Assembly: GCA_028534125.1 (NCBI GenBank) | Contig: CM052817.1 | Coordinates: 68,264,001 to 68,328,000 of the forward strand | DNA from: Lama glama | Lineage: Eukaryota | Length of the DNA: 64,000 nucleotides | Direction of reading: 5' to 3' | Part shown: positions 39,099 to 52,960 of the stretch, one piece after another | How positions within the stretch are numbered: position 1 is the stretch's first letter | Layout: the number at the start of each line of letters is the position of its first letter | Notes under the pieces: generated by a model | The model's database searches: none | What the model saw: only the letters and a program-made list of their open reading frames with translations | What the model was told of the DNA's origin: nothing | Translations under genes and position numbers: made by a program

Positions 39099-39238
39099 CT
39101 TCATTGATTCTTCAAAAACAGTGTTTTGAGATAACTCCTTCTTATAATTGTGTCCCCAAACAATAGAGCTTGATAGATTTTGTACATCCTCCTCAGTAGG
39201 ACCTCTCATTGTGTCTGTGAAGCCTATGTGTTTTCTAC
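39099..39238 (-). pseudogene. Exon remnant (140 nt, phase 1-0), fully open
   Basis: ttgttaag|GT-RKHIGFTDTMRGPTEEDVQNLSSSIVWGHNYKKELSQNTVFEESMK|gtcaat; alternative donor after 39056. Confidence 0.6.
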
Positions 39239-39397
39239 CTTAACAATATGAAGAAGATCGGTTGAGAAAACTATATTCTGTAACTTAGTAAGTTTGTTAG
39301 TTAATAGCACAAGCACTTTGCTAAGATTTGTGACAGAGAGAGAAACAAAGAAAGAGAGAGAAACAAAAAAATAAGGGAAAACCCATGTACAAAATAC

Positions 39398-39532
39398 AGG
39401 GTTCTAAGTCAGTAAGGGCTGTCTCAACAAAGCCTCCTGACATTAAACTTGGAGAATCTGCTTCAGCAGTAGGATTTCCTATTTGGAAGCCGACAGGAGG
39501 AATTGTCTCCAATAAATCTATATTATTTAGAT
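39398..39532 (-). pseudogene. Exon remnant (135 nt, phase 1-1), fully open
   Basis: ttttttctttag|AT-LNNIDLLETIPPVGFQIGNPTAEADSPSLMSGGFVETALTDLEP-T|gtattt; joins the next block in frame across a 159-nt intron. Confidence 0.65.
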
Positions 39533-40784
39533 CTAAAGAAAAAAGATTTAAAAGCATTATTTTCTTAATCCCCTATATTCTATAAGACTTTGATCTTACC
39601 AGTTAGGTTTTGCCAACTATATTACATTTTAGGAACATAATTTCTGCAGTGAAAAGATTACTGAATTGGAAAGACTGAAGCAGTAGGTGTTATAAAAGGC
39701 CAGAAAGGAAGGATGTTGATTTTTGGTTGGGAAAGATGTCAAGCAGGTCTTGAATTTGGCCTTGAAACAGAGTAAACTTTAGATTAAAAGAAGAATGTCA
39801 AGTATTTTAGTGAGAGGGACTAGCGTTATCAAGACTAGAAAAAATGAGCATGGAAAGAGACTTTCAAGTGAATGTCAGAAAACAAGTTTTGTGAAGTAAT
39901 GCCTATTATAGATGACTGGTGAAGTGGAATCAGCTCATTGAGAGCCTTTAATGTTATAATTTATGCTTTTTTTTTTTAAATAAAGGTTAGTTTAGGTAGG
40001 GTTTTGGGGAGGGGAGGAGGTTGCTGTTTTCTTTTGATTTCAAAAACATTTTCTATGATTTCAGAACTCTTCTTGAAGACAACAGCTAACAATTTTGTAT
40101 ATCTGTTTATATGTTAATAACTAAAAATGAGCTTTCTGAAGAGAAACAGGCACCAGTATTAATAAAACCTATTAGTTTTCTGGGCCTCTGTACACTAACA
40201 AGTGACATTCTAGACTAGGAGTACTAGAGACCACTGACTTGTCTATTAAAAGGGCAGAACAGATCATCTTTCTCTGAGAGAAGGCTACAGTAAATTTATT
40301 AAATTTACTGTATTTATTGAATATGAAGCAATGTTTATTTGCCTTTTTGATTCTGCAGACCTTTGACTCTGCCTGCTATCTTTCGCTTAAGGGCTAGAGC
40401 ATTTTTATGGACTCCTCCTTGACCACCATTTTGTTTATGATGTAATAAAAACCTGGTATTTCAGTGCAATTGACTGCTGGTTGGCTTGTTTTGCCTTGTG
40501 TTCCTGGAGGGCAGCAACGTGGGCACACACCCTGGAAAGAAACTTGACCAAAAGCACATGGAGAGAATTCTACTTGTAACTTTTGCTAAGGGTTCATTAG
40601 TCTGTTCATGTGCCTTATCTAAGTTAACTTTTTTTGTGTCTGTGTGCTTTATCACCCTCAATTAAATCTGCTTGAATTTGAAAATTCTATTTCTGGAGTT
40701 GCTCTTCACTTACACATCACTGACAGACCTCATTTACTCATGTTAGGGAGGGACTGGTTAGTGCTAGGTCCCCAGCCCACTCAC

Positions 40785-41067
40785 CCTGAGGGAGAAAATT
40801 CCCCAGAGGTTCCGAGTAAGACAGCAACACATTCTTTTGCTTTGTTGTCAGATTGGAAGTATCTTCGCCTTCAGTCCCTGAGGCCAAATTTCAAGTGTTT
40901 TCCCAAAAGAACTTCTCCAATGGAAAATAGTCAGCTCTCCCCTGAATAATTTTTATCACCTAATAAGTGATTCAGATTGGGACTGTCAGCACCATGGTGG
41001 GCACCTGACTGAAGAGGTCATATGAGTGGCAGATCGTAGCAGTAGGTTATATATTTTGGCCGTCAGC
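40785..41067 (-). pseudogene. Exon remnant (283 nt, phase 0-1)
   Basis: atttcag|ADGQNI*...IIQGRADYFPLEKFFWENT*NLASGTEGEDTSNLTTKQKNVLLSYSEPLGNFLPQ-G|gtgagt. Four stops. Confidence 0.5.
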
Positions 41068-41697
41068 CTGAAATCCTAGATGTATATGTTCTAACTGACT
41101 TAGGTTCCCTCCACCTGCTTTTTAAGGATATTCTTAGCATGTACTTACACTGAGCCAAACCACGGAGTTATGTGGAGTTAGCTGCTTTTTCTAGCTCAAT
41201 TAACACATCTGATTTAAATTAAGTGATAAACACTGAAGCAGATGGAAAGTGATTCCTGAGTGGGTAGGTTTTGTACCTGACCTGGCTAATATGTCTGACC
41301 TATTATTTGCAGGAATGTAGCATCAGGTGTTGATATTTTTCCAAACAGCAGTTTGGTCATGTTTGGTAGGATATGCTTAGTGCAGTGTGAAATTGACATT
41401 TCAGAGCTCCAGGTTGCCATTTATGGTGACCGGTTTCTGTTGGTGAACTTTTTGCCTTTTTTAGTTACAGACTCACACAAGCTTTTAAAAATTGATTCTC
41501 AATTTTAAATCAATTTATGCCTTTATTTCAGATAAGGTTATTTGAATTTGTCTGAATATTTCTACTCTTGAGTGTAATATCTATTGAAGAGTGTCTTATA
41601 TTTCACTCTTTCCTGCATATTTCTAAGTAAAAAGACATTTTAGATTTTGAAAGGTCAGTCAGTCAATTCAGCTGTTTTCAGTCAAGAGCAGACTTAC

Positions 41698-42200
41698 TTC
41701 ATCCCAGACAAGAACAGTCTATTTCATTAAAAAAATGTATGCTAGGTACAAACTTCCAGTTATAAATGTCTTGGGGATGTAATGTGCAGCATGGTGACTA
41801 TAGTTAATAATACTGTATTGTACATTTGAAAGTTGCTAAGAGAATACATCTGAAACGTTCTCATCGTAAGAAAAAAAATCATGGTTTTTGTTTTGTAACC
41901 ATGCATGGTGAAAGATGGTAACTAGACTTAGTATGGTGATTCTTTTGCAATATATACAAGTATAAAATCATTAGGTTGTACACCTGAAACTAATATAATG
42001 TTATATGTCAGTTCTACCTCAATAAAAATGTATATATACACTATACATAGCCAATTGTCATTCCTTGTCATGAGGACAGAGAGCCGTCATTAAATCCAAG
42101 TCCACAGAGGATCAGTCTTCGTAAATAGTCTTCTGATGATGAAGGAGGCAGCCAATAAAGCATGGGTAAAACTGACGTACCTTGGTGACCACATTTTATG
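41698..42200 (-). pseudogene. Candidate exon remnant interrupted by an L1 fragment
   Basis: Donor GAA|GTAAGT at 41698/41697; unique sequence either side of the insertion; acceptor not recognisable. Confidence 0.35.
41741..42023 (+). mobile_element. L1 3' end (L1MA-like) with 10-bp TSD
   Basis: gtacaaacttccagttataa...gcatggtgactatagttaataatactgtattgt...cacctgaaactaatataatg...aataaa. AAAAATGTAT at 41731-41740 and 42024-42033. Confidence 0.85.
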
Positions 42201-44784
42201 AAACCACAATTGGAAGATGCAGTTTATTATCTGTTACAGCCTCATCTTCCACCATCTCCCGGCCTTCTCCAGATTTGTATTCCAATTTGCTATTTTCAAT
42301 CAGATCCTTGAAAGTCTCTGTATGACTTCTTACCTCTGTGCCTCTGCAACTGCTGTTTTCTCTTCCCGGAATCCCTAGAGTTGTTATCAATTCTTCCAGC
42401 CAAGTTTTTAATAGTAGCTGTTTTGGGCTGGTGGATTTTATAGTTGATTCTTTCATTTGTTTGTTCATCTGTTTGGTTGGTTGATTGGTTGGTTGGTTTT
42501 TCAATTTTTCTACTATTCGTATGTATATGTAACTTTTACAATGAGAAAACAGATTTTGTTTGTTAATACACATCGTCTTTATTTTCACAGGGCATAACAG
42601 AGATTGCCAGAAGAAAATCTTGTATTAAAGTCCATTTTAACTCAACCTCAGAGTGGCAAATTGTATTGAACTTGAATCTCAGGCAGGTCTTAAAGTTCAG
42701 CACAGACGTAGCTGTTCTTTCTCTGTCCTATTTCTTATATTTTTCTTCTATTTAGTCTTTTAGGCTGAGTATATTCTATTTTAGCATTTCCCCACATACA
42801 CCTTTCTGAGAATTACTTGCTTGACAAAAATTAATTATCTGCCATTCATAATCTGAAAGATTCTAAGTTTATTTATCTTGTCTTGGTTTCCTCATCTCTA
42901 GGATAAGGAAATTTTGTTAGATTATCTTTATGGGGCTGCCAATCTCTAATATGCTACAGTGTGATTTAGGAGATCATATTATTTTATGATTTACTTTATT
43001 CCCCCAATCTTCATTTTCTACTTTCCACCAACCCACTCCAAGATTGTTGCCAGATTAGTTTTCACAGTGTATAACTCTCATCAAATCTAACAGCTGTTCT
43101 AGAACAGATAAGACTAAAATGTTACTAGGTTTCTTCACGTGTTGGGGTTATTGTGGAGTACCATTTATTAAAAGCCCACTAAATACTTGTTAGACAAAAG
43201 TATATTGATACATTTTTGTACCTGTTACATTCTTATAACTAGGGATACTGAATTGATTTCAAATTTATGCATCTCACACTAGTGGGGAAATTCAAATCCT
43301 ATAATTTTGTATTTAATCTTCATACATATGCTTGCCGGTCTAGTGTTAATATCCTTTATGCAGACTGTGGACCTTCCAAACATAACATTCCCAGAATTCC
43401 CAACACCTCTCCATCAGTGTCCATCCAGAATGGCTTTCCTCCCTTTCCCACATATTTATTTTTCAATATTCAGCTTAGATGTTACCTAGAAGCTTTTTCA
43501 AACCTCTTCCTGCTCTTTTTATGGAACATTACTTTCACCGTGTACAGTAATTTATTTAGGTGCATGTTTTCCTCCATTACACTGTCGCTCTTGAGGGCAG
43601 TAATAGTTATAAAGCATAGGCTTTAGAGTCAGGCCAGGCTCTTGTCATTTAGCAGTCATACCTACTTAGACACGTACGTTGTTTCCCTAAGCCTTAGTTT
43701 CCTCATCTGCAAAAGGGGATGTTAATAATGACTTCTTTGTAGGTTGATTAGTACCTTGCTGGGCATATTGATAAGTGTCTAGTAAATTCAAGGCCACACC
43801 ATTGTTTTATTATATAATTAAAATTATATCGTTAATCCTTCCTTCTTCCCTGTGACCTCTTGCATATAGCTCACTGTCTTTAAAGTAGTGTTTAATATAT
43901 ATTTCTAGAAAAATTTTAATGAATGCTGTTGAATAAAAGCTCATAGAAACTCAGAAAAGGGAATGATTACTTCTGATTGTGCACTTGAGGAACATTTGAT
44001 TGCAGTTGGCATCCGAAATTTCATATCTGATGTATGATTCTGATGGGAAGACATGAGCAAAAAAGGGTATTTGAAGCCAAGACAATAGCATGTAATTTCA
44101 GAGAGAAGTGCAATCTTAGCTTAACATTAATAATAGAACCTATTTCATTGGGTTATTTTGGAGAACAAATGCATCTAAAAGTGCCAGCATAGTAAGAATG
44201 CACTAAATATTAGCTGTTGTTTTAAGAACTCATATATAGATTATATGTTAAATAATAAAAAAAAAAAACTCACGTGTGTGTGTGACACAGGCATTCTTTC
44301 ACATTAGCTTAAAGGACATCTGTATGGCAACATTTTCTTATTTTTGTTTGCAGTACCTGTTAGAAAGTAACAAGATAGCATTTATTTTAAAATATTGTTT
44401 ATTTCAGCTATATATTATTCTTCCTGTTTATTTGAATTAGTGAGACAATACTTTGCAAATGGTTTTTAAATTATCAGCTGTTAGGGATTATCATGCCATT
44501 GTTCCCCGTTGGTTTAGCTAAATTTGAGAGAAAACTATTTAAGTGACAGCTTACAACAGCTGCAACTGCATGATATGTGAAAACAATCAAGGGATATATA
44601 TTATGTGAAGTCCAAGGCCACTTTAATTCAAATTGCCTTGAATTATAATATTTTCTATATTGTAACTAAGATTTTTTTTGTTTAAACCTTTCATTTTGAT
44701 ATACTTTCCAGACTTAATGAAAGTTGCAGAATAGTACTAAGAATTCTCAAACACCCTTTACCCAGTGTTAACATTGTCTTGTAT

Positions 44785-44843
44785 TTCCTTTCTTCCTTCC
44801 GTCATTCCTTCATTCCTTCCTTCCTTCCTTCCTTTTCTTCTTT

Positions 44844-44903
<60 letters not shown>

Positions 44904-45102
44904 TTCTTTGTTTCTTTCTTTCTCTCTCTCTCTCTCTTTGTTTCTTTTTCTTTCTTTCTCTCTTTCTTTCTCTTTCTCTCTCTTTCTTTCCCTCTCTCTT
45001 TCCTTTTTTCTCTCTTTCTTTCTCTGTCTCTCTCTCTCTCTCCCCCCTCCCTCTCTTCCTTTCTTCCTTTTTCTTTCTTTCTCTTTCTCTCTCATTCTCT
45101 CT
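44785..45102. repeat. ~320-bp pyrimidine-rich compound repeat (TTCC)n/(TTTC)n/(TC)n
   Basis: Almost exclusively C/T on plus; interrupts an old L1M fragment. Confidence 0.97.
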
Positions 45103-45905
45103 AAACTATTTAAGACTGTTGCAGGCATGATGCCCATTATTTATTCCTGAATACTTCAAAATGTGTCTCCTAAAGACAAGGACTTTTTGAAAAAATAACC
45201 AAAAAATAATCATCAAAATTAGAAAGCTAACCTTGACACAGTATAGTAGGCCTTATTCATATTTTGCCATTTGCTCCAATAATGTTCTTTATGGCAACAG
45301 AAAGAAAATCCCATGTTATGGATTGCATTTAGCTATTGTGTCTAATCTGGAACACTTCCTCAGTCTTAGTCTTTCTTAATCTCGACCTTTTTAAGAAACA
45401 CAGGCAGGGTACTTTGAAGAACGCACCTCAGTTTGGATCTGTCTGATGTGTTTAATGGTTACGTCCACGTGATGCACTTTGAGCAGGACTATCACAGAAG
45501 TGATACTATTTTCTTCTCAGTGCATCATGTCAAGAGGACACCAGAAATCTTAAAAGATGAATTTTAGTTCGAAAAGGAAACACTGATAGGGGAAGAATTG
45601 AGGCACTTCCTGTCAATGTAGTATTGATTCGTTTTTCAAAGACATTTGAGAAAAGTTTTCTGTTATGTCAGAATTAATTTTAAATCAGTGGTATTCTTTA
45701 TATAGATAAATGCGTAATACTCAGGCTTTTTTTTTTTAAATACTTGGACTTTAAACCTGATCTTTCTTTTTTATTTTCCCCTCTACAGAGAAAAAAGTTC
45801 TGCCTAAATACAAAACCTGCTGCACAGATGTTGTATCTAATTACATGTCCCATATTGTTCCTTGCCAACAAATACATGTTAATAATAATGAATAATCAAC
45901 CTTAC

Positions 45906-46309
45906 TTAACAAGGGCAACCCAAAATATGTTTCTGCCATTACCCATGATGGATAGACCCAGGGTTGCTTCAAAGATGGTTTCCTCACCACACTGGTGGCC
46001 CATGGCTTATTAATAGCAACCTGCTCTCAATGATCAAGTGTGAAATTGATGGCCCCGCAGGGAATTTGATCTGAGCTTTCCAGGCTAGGGAAGAGCCGTT
46101 TTACAATATTCAGCTGCTGTGTTCATTGGCTCATTGGTTTCCCCTAAGGCCTTTCTTCATAATGCTCTGGAAATTTTTTCCTGGCTAGGTTAACATATGT
46201 GCTACTGTATCTGGCTACCGACCAGACTGCTAGGATAAAGGTTCTAGGAAATTTTACTATGTCCTGTTCCCCAGCTGGTGACATGAAGTCTGAGCCAGCT
46301 AAAAGCTGA
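45906..46309 (-). pseudogene. Exon remnant (404 nt)
   Basis: ttctctgtccag|T-QLLAGSDFMSPAGEQDIVKFPRTFILAVWSVARYSSTYVNLARKKFPEHYEERP*GKPMSQ*TQQLNIVKRLFPSLESSDQIPCGAINFTLDH*EQ..., then (shifted) GHQCGEETIFEATLGLSIMGNGRNIFWVALV|gtaagg. Confidence 0.6.
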
Positions 46310-47383
46310 CTGGACAGAGAACAAATGGATGAAATATTTGAGTGAATCATCATAAGGGAGCATAGTTTGCACCAAGGAAGGTTATTATAGACATCCGAGG
46401 AGACAATGTTGTACTGCTGTCACCTCCTACCCTTTAAAAAAAAAAAAAACTTTTACAAATTACCTTGTTAGTGATTCATATAGTTAACACAAGTCTAGAC
46501 ATTCTTTTTCAATAAGAAGGATTAATTTATAATTTCTATTTGACTTACGAAATTGGTCAGTCAAATTACATATAGATTAATTTGGCAGAAAGTCTGAAAG
46601 TACAGTATATATTATATCCCTAAAATTCATCTCAAAATTTTTTTGTTTATTTCTAGAGGTAATTTCCTCCTGGTTTATTTGAAAAGTCAAGCTATTCTTA
46701 TATTTTTGTTGTACCAGTAGAAAACTTCCAGGGAGGCAGGCAACAGATATGCAAGTGTAAAGTTAGTTTTCAAGAAGGCCTGAATTTAAAGCCATTTCCT
46801 AGCTGTATAATCTCAGACAAATTACCTAATCTCTGCAAGCCTTAGAGCTCAGAGCATCATAATATTTACCTCACATCATTAAGTAAAACAGTGTGTAAAA
46901 TATGTTGCCCAGTGCCCAGCTTCACTTTCTCCTCCACCCAATACTTAGATATTTTTGTTCTGACACAGAAAATGGAAGAGAATGTTAATATTACCTGGTA
47001 TTTTATTTTATGATAAGATTTCATTTTTCTTTGAGCTTAAGTTTAATTTTCCTTTCTTTTGAGACAAAAATAGTTTTGTGGATCATTATCATCCTTAGGG
47101 AGTATTCTGCAACAGGATAGAAGTAGAGCAAACAGGGAAAGGTGGAAATATTTCTGTTTACTTAGAGAATGAAGAACTAAAACACAAATATGTTTTTGGT
47201 AAGATTGTTAAAGATGAAATCTAAATTTTCAAGTTTTTGTTTTGTTTTGTTTTGGGTTTTGGTCATTTATGACCCTGTTGCTTAGTTTCTTTATTTAAAT
47301 TTTTCTTTGACAAGGAAATCACAGGTTTGGGGAAAGCAGCTGTACATCAAAATGCACCTTTCCCACAGCTGTCAGAGACTGAC

Positions 47384-47619
47384 CTAGTGTTGTTCTGGAA
47401 GTTGTGTAGTATCTCAGTGTGGGGCCATTCACATTCTGATGCCCAGAGACTCTTCCCAGCAGGAGCTGTTTTTCAGTGAGATGCTTTGAAAGATGTTTTG
47501 CTTCATTTAAATGCCCTGTCAGAATAAATGTGCCCCTTCCTGTGCACGCCTTGTACAAGGTCAGCAACCTCTGAAGCTCTGATTGCCCCTGGCAATGCTG
47601 AGCCCTGGTTATCGTTGGC
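47384..47619 (-). pseudogene. Exon remnant (236 nt), open from a phase-2 start
   Basis: Long pyrimidine tract, tgtgcag|G-PTITRAQHCQGQSELQRLLTLYKACTGRGTFILTGHLNEAKHL...|gtcagt. Confidence 0.6.
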
Positions 47620-48389
47620 CTGCACAGACAGGGTAGTTGAGAGAATAAAAAAGGGAGAGAATATGAGGAACAGGGGAAGAGAAAGAGAAATAAAAAAGAG
47701 ACAGACACATCTTTCCTGGCTTCATAATACATAGGAATTCTGACTGCTTCAGGATTTTTAATAATCACCTCTGATCTCTTGTGTTAATAAATGTACAGAG
47801 AATTTATTTCAGGTTTTTCATTTTGAGTTATATAAAAAGAATTGCTGTGTTTTTGTGTGTATACTGTGTATAAAAAAAATAACTACCAATCTGGCCCAAA
47901 CTCAAGTAATTTTTCTCTTTAATGTCAAAGGCATTGCGTTGCTAATAGCAACTGTGCCAGCACGTAGGTTCACCTTATTTGTACAGAGTGCTTCTTGCAT
48001 TCTTCCTTTTGTTTGAAACGGTCGATTTGTTCGAATTTTGACCTTTCTTGCTCTTAGAGGCATAAGTTTGGACTGATTTATTTGGATAAGGTTGGATATT
48101 GCACCTGGTGTGGATAATACTAGATTACATCTTCAGGAAATTGAACTTTTTCTTTTTACCCTCTAGAGCCAACAGCTTTCTGAAATGAATATATTGGGGA
48201 CAGTGTTAGCTAGTTTTGTTTTTTTATTTTTTTAACTTCACTCTGCTACTTGGAATCTTTTGGTTTTACACAAAAGTAGTTTCCTTTTGCTTTAGCAAAG
48301 TGATAAATACAGTTTCTGAGACTCAATTTCCTGGTATGTCCTTGATAAAATTCAGTGTTTTTTGGTGGTTGTTGCTAATATGTGTGCTT

Positions 48390-49950
48390 TAAAACTTTTG
48401 AAAAATTTAATATAATTCAAGCTTACAGAAAATTGCAAAAATAGTGCAAGAAACATCCAGATTCACCAGTTGTTTACATTTTGCCCCATTTGCTTTATCA
48501 TTCATGCTCACTCTCTTTCTATCTCTCTCTCTCTCTCTGTATATATATATATACATATAAATGTCTGTGGGTATGCATATATATTTTTTCTTGAACTAGT
48601 TAAAAGTAAGTTGTAGATGTTTTGCCCATTTTTATATAACCATAGTACAATGATCAAAATCAGGAATTTTTATGTTGATACAATACTATTGTCTTTGTAG
48701 CCTGTATTCAGATTACATCAATTGTCCCAATAATGTCTTTTATATTTATTTTTTTTCCTGGTTCAGAATGCAACCCAGGCTCATACTGTATTTAGTCTTC
48801 ATGTTTCTTTAGTTTCCGTTAAGCTAGAATGATTACTAGGCTTTTCTTTGTTGTTTATGAACTTGATATTTTTTGACAAGACATATTTGAAGAATACAGA
48901 CAAGTTATTTTGAAGAATATTTCTATTGATGCAGGGTATTTGTTTGTTGTTTTTTTTTTGACATTTCTTCATAATTATATTCAGGTTATAGATTTGGGGC
49001 AGAAATACCACTGAAGTCATGTGCACAGAAAAGGCACATATGTCAGTTTATCCCATTATTGGTAACAGTGATGTTAGTTAACCTGGATTAAGTTGACACA
49101 CGCAGGTTTCTCTACTGTAAAGTTATTGTTCTTCCCTTTGTAATTAACAAATAATTTGTAGGGAAGTTCTATGAGGCTATTTGTCTTACTCCTCATCACA
49201 TTTCATTTATCATCCTTTAATGATTTTTGCCTGAATTAATTACTATTAATTACTATAATGTTTACAAAAATAGTGATTTTTCTTGACTTCATCATTTCTT
49301 TCATATTTCTTAATTGGCAAACTAAGGAGAAGCTTTCCCTTCTCTCCCTTCATTTATTTATTTATTATTCTCTTTATCAGTATGGATTTCTGGATTCCTA
49401 TTTTTCTAATGAGTTACACCCCATTATTATTATTATTGATTTTGGTACTCAAATTGTCCCAGATTTGGCTACTAGGAGCCCCTTCAAACTGATTCCTTTA
49501 TCTTTTGACATGTTCCCATCATTCTTTAAGCACTTCATTAATTTCTGGCACAATAAAATGTTCCAGGATCATCTTGTCATTTCCCTGATACAATCCTGGG
49601 AAGTAGCCTTTATTCTGAGATCTGGATGCTAAGTATAATAATTAAAACTGGGATGCCACTGCTTCTAGGCCTTCTCAGTGGACACAGTGAGGGTATCTGT
49701 GTGTCAGTTTGTGTGTGTATTTGCATAATCACATCAAACAGATGCACTTCCAGTTCTAATCTAGCAGCAGGGAATTCATTCTGGTTCTCTCATGGTTATA
49801 TATCTTCTCTATGTATTTCCTTTCTCCAACAGTAAGAAATCTGAGAATGCTATTTTCTTAATATTTTTAGTTATTTGCTCAATCTTAGAATACAGAGAAA
49901 GTCATTTCAAAATTGCTATCTCATAACACATTTAAAACAAACCTACTATA
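48390..49950 (-). mobile_element. Old L1M (L1MC-like) 3' region
   Basis: Shares phrases with the 23.6-25.1 kb element (catagtacaatgatcaaaa; aatttctggca; ctcaaattgtcccag). Confidence 0.7.
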
Positions 49951-49954
49951 AAGT

Positions 49955-50415
49955 CATCACAAAAAAATAAAAAACAGACCAATATCTCTTAAGAATATAG
50001 ATGTGAAAATTCTCAAAATACTAGCTAACCAAATCCAGCAACAGATTTTAAAAAGAATTATATGCCATAAGCAGATGGATTTATCACTACCACCATCACC
50101 ACCCCACCTCCAAAAGGCAAGGTTGGTTTAACATCCAAAGTCAATGGATGTAATATAGTATATCAAGAGAATGCAGGACAACAACCACATTTATTCATAT
50201 CAATATTTATTCTGTATTCTTATTATATTCAATGGATTGTACTCCATTATTGTCATTATTTATTTTGACACTCAAATTGTCCCAATACACATACAAAAAA
50301 AAAAAAGACATTTGACAAAATCCAACACACTTTCATGATAAAGAACACTCAGTAAACTTGGATAAGAAGAGAACTCCCTTAGCCTATTAAAAGGCATCCA
50401 CAAAAATCCTGCAGT
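49955..50415 (+). mobile_element. L1 ORF2 reverse-transcriptase N-terminal fragment
   Basis: agaccaatatctcttaagaatatagatgtgaaaattctcaaaata encodes RPISLKNIDVKILKI; tttgacaaaatccaacac encodes FDKIQH. Confidence 0.8.
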
Positions 50416-52817
50416 AGGGGAAAGATGTGGCATAATATTACTGATTTGGCTTTCCTACTCAGTGGAAGTCATGCCAAGTATAGAAACAAGGTTGTAAGGG
50501 AGAACTTACAGATCTCCCAACTAAGCCTTCAAATATGCAACTAGACCCAGATTTCTCAGTTGGGCACTTCTATAACAAGTCCACATTTTAAGAGAAAAAA
50601 AATAGATGGGAACATTAGTATGCTCCACAAGTCCTTACATAAATCAAATTACAGTACTAATAAAATATGATATAACCAAGTAGGGGTGTTAATATGATTT
50701 AAAAATAGGAAAGGCATGAGTAATACTTGTGCTGGAATCCACTGGTGCTATTACCATCAGATGCTAGGGAATAAACCATGTAGCATGGTGGGGGTTGGAG
50801 TACAAAAGAGGACACATCCAGTCTTTGATTTGTAAAATAGATGCATAAAGACATAAGCAACACAAATTATCACTGTTGCTACTTCTTAATTTTATGTTCT
50901 TAGAGCAGTTGTTAGTTCAAGAGGAAGTGACGAGAATCAACTTCCAGTCATCCTTATTGTTTTATCACTGTAATAAAGCATGGCTAGCTAATATACCCCT
51001 AGCAAACAATGATTTGTTATGTCTCTCACAAGTACTTGAGATTTTTTCTTATGGTTTGAAAAAACAGTCCATGACAAAAATAGAAGACAGCCATCCCTCT
51101 AACATAGATTGTGAAGTGTGCTAAGAAAAAAGAAGAAATGTGAAGATGTAGAACTTATTTGGTTGTTGACAGCCAAAACGCGTTGTTTTAAAAAATGCTT
51201 TGAATGACTCCCTCTCATCAATGATATATCTCAATGCAAAAATTACTTCTTGAGAAAGACATTTCCTGACCATCCTGTCTAAACTTGCTCCTTCCTCTAT
51301 CACTGTCATTGTAAGTTTATCCTGTGTAATTTTTTATAGCATTTATCTGTTTTTAAAATTGTCTATTATGAGAGCAGATACTTTTTCTATCTCATTCACT
51401 ACTGAATTCCCAGAATATAAAATAGTACCTGAAACATAGTAGGTATTTAATACTTATTTGTTGAATGAGTAAATACAATATTCCAAACACTTAAAGCAAA
51501 ACAATCTATGTCAGAGCTTTCCAAACTTTCACCTTTAATGTGTCTATAATTATTTTTTCACAACACCTCTAGATCAATAAAATTAATGTAGCATAATTTG
51601 CTGTTGAAACTGTGAACTATCTCATCTAGTAATTAGTGTAATATCCAATAGATGTTCAGTCTAGCTGTGTTTACTTCAAAAAGTTAAAATATCCCACAGT
51701 ACCACTCTAAGTTCACTAGCTCCCTGGGGAACCATAATCTAACATGGTTTATTTCATTTATTAATGGTATAAGTTGAAGGTTTGGATGTCTTGGGAAGAG
51801 GCTCAATTTCTTCCTATGGAGCCATGAGGTACAGGGAACAATCTAGTATCAGAATCGTTACCAGGTTAGGCTCTGATGCATCGACCTAGAAGAGTCAATC
51901 ATAGTAAATACCTAAGTAATTAGAATCAGGGCATATTGAAAAATTCTAGAACATAATTAGACTGCTAAGCAAGTCTAAACTTGACCTCTAAAGTCAGATC
52001 AAGAAATGGGTAAAAGATAGTAGATGTGTGAGCTCACTGGCCTTTGCATAACAAAGAGATCTCCTGGCTTATTTTGTTTCTCTTTCAATCAGAAGCTGAG
52101 AAGACTGCCTAGCACTTCACCTCCTAATGCATCCTCTCTTCCCTGACTTTTTTGGGTATGTCTCCCCAGAGTGTTCAGCCTCCCTGACTCTGCACAGGAT
52201 CTTGCTTTGTGATGAGAATTAAGACAGATACAGTTTAGAATTATTTACAAAACATAGAATTAAATTTCCTGTATTTCTAAACACTCTACAACACCAAGTG
52301 CATTTCAAGATTTTTTTTTTGCCTCTCTTCGATTTTCAGTTTTAATAAAATGTCAACTAAATATTCAGCTTTGTACTCAAAGCACCTTAAGCTATATATA
52401 GTGTCATTTCTTTCCTTTCTAACAGTTTAATTGCTGAGGTGTTTTAACAGTTCTATTAGTGTATATCTTAATTGTATTGATTTATCTATTTAACTTAGAG
52501 TTCATGTGTATCTTAAGTTTTCTGAGGATAAAATATGACTCATAAATATGTAGTATTTCAATGATTCAACTGCACTGAGTCAAGGAAAGTAGAATAATTT
52601 TAACCCTTTCCCAAAGAGTCAAATAATAAATATGTTTTTGCTAGGAAAAAAGAACTTCCCAAATTAGAATTTTCAGACACAGGCACGCTGGTGTGGTGGA
52701 AAGAATGCTGTAGAAGACAGAAAAATCCACGTCCTATGCCAGCTCTGTGCTCATTAGTGACATAACCTTGGGCATAGCTATAACTTGCCTGATTTTTCTC
52801 ATTTGTAAAAATCGAAC

Positions 52818-52960
52818 TGAGAGGTATAGCTCAGTGTTAGACTGCATGCTTAGCATGCACATGGTCCTGGCTTCAATCCCCAGTACCTCCATTTAAAAAT
52901 AAATACATAAATAAACTTAGTTATCTCCCTCTGCCCACCCCCCCCCAAAAAAAGAAAAAA
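52818..52960 (+). mobile_element. tRNA-derived SINE inserted in a MIR (~52685-53030)
   Basis: gaggtatagctcagtgttagactgcatgcttagcatgcacatggtcctggcttcaatccccagtacctcc plus A tail; degenerate TSD aaaaatcgaac/aaaaattgagc. Confidence 0.88.

Noticed and set aside
42235..42588. 130-aa minus ORF as part of the nested gene
   Set aside because: Mostly a TTGG/TTTG simple repeat plus L2-like sequence.
44765..45150. Three 111-123 aa ORFs (F/L/S-rich or K/E/R-rich)
   Set aside because: Translations of a simple repeat.
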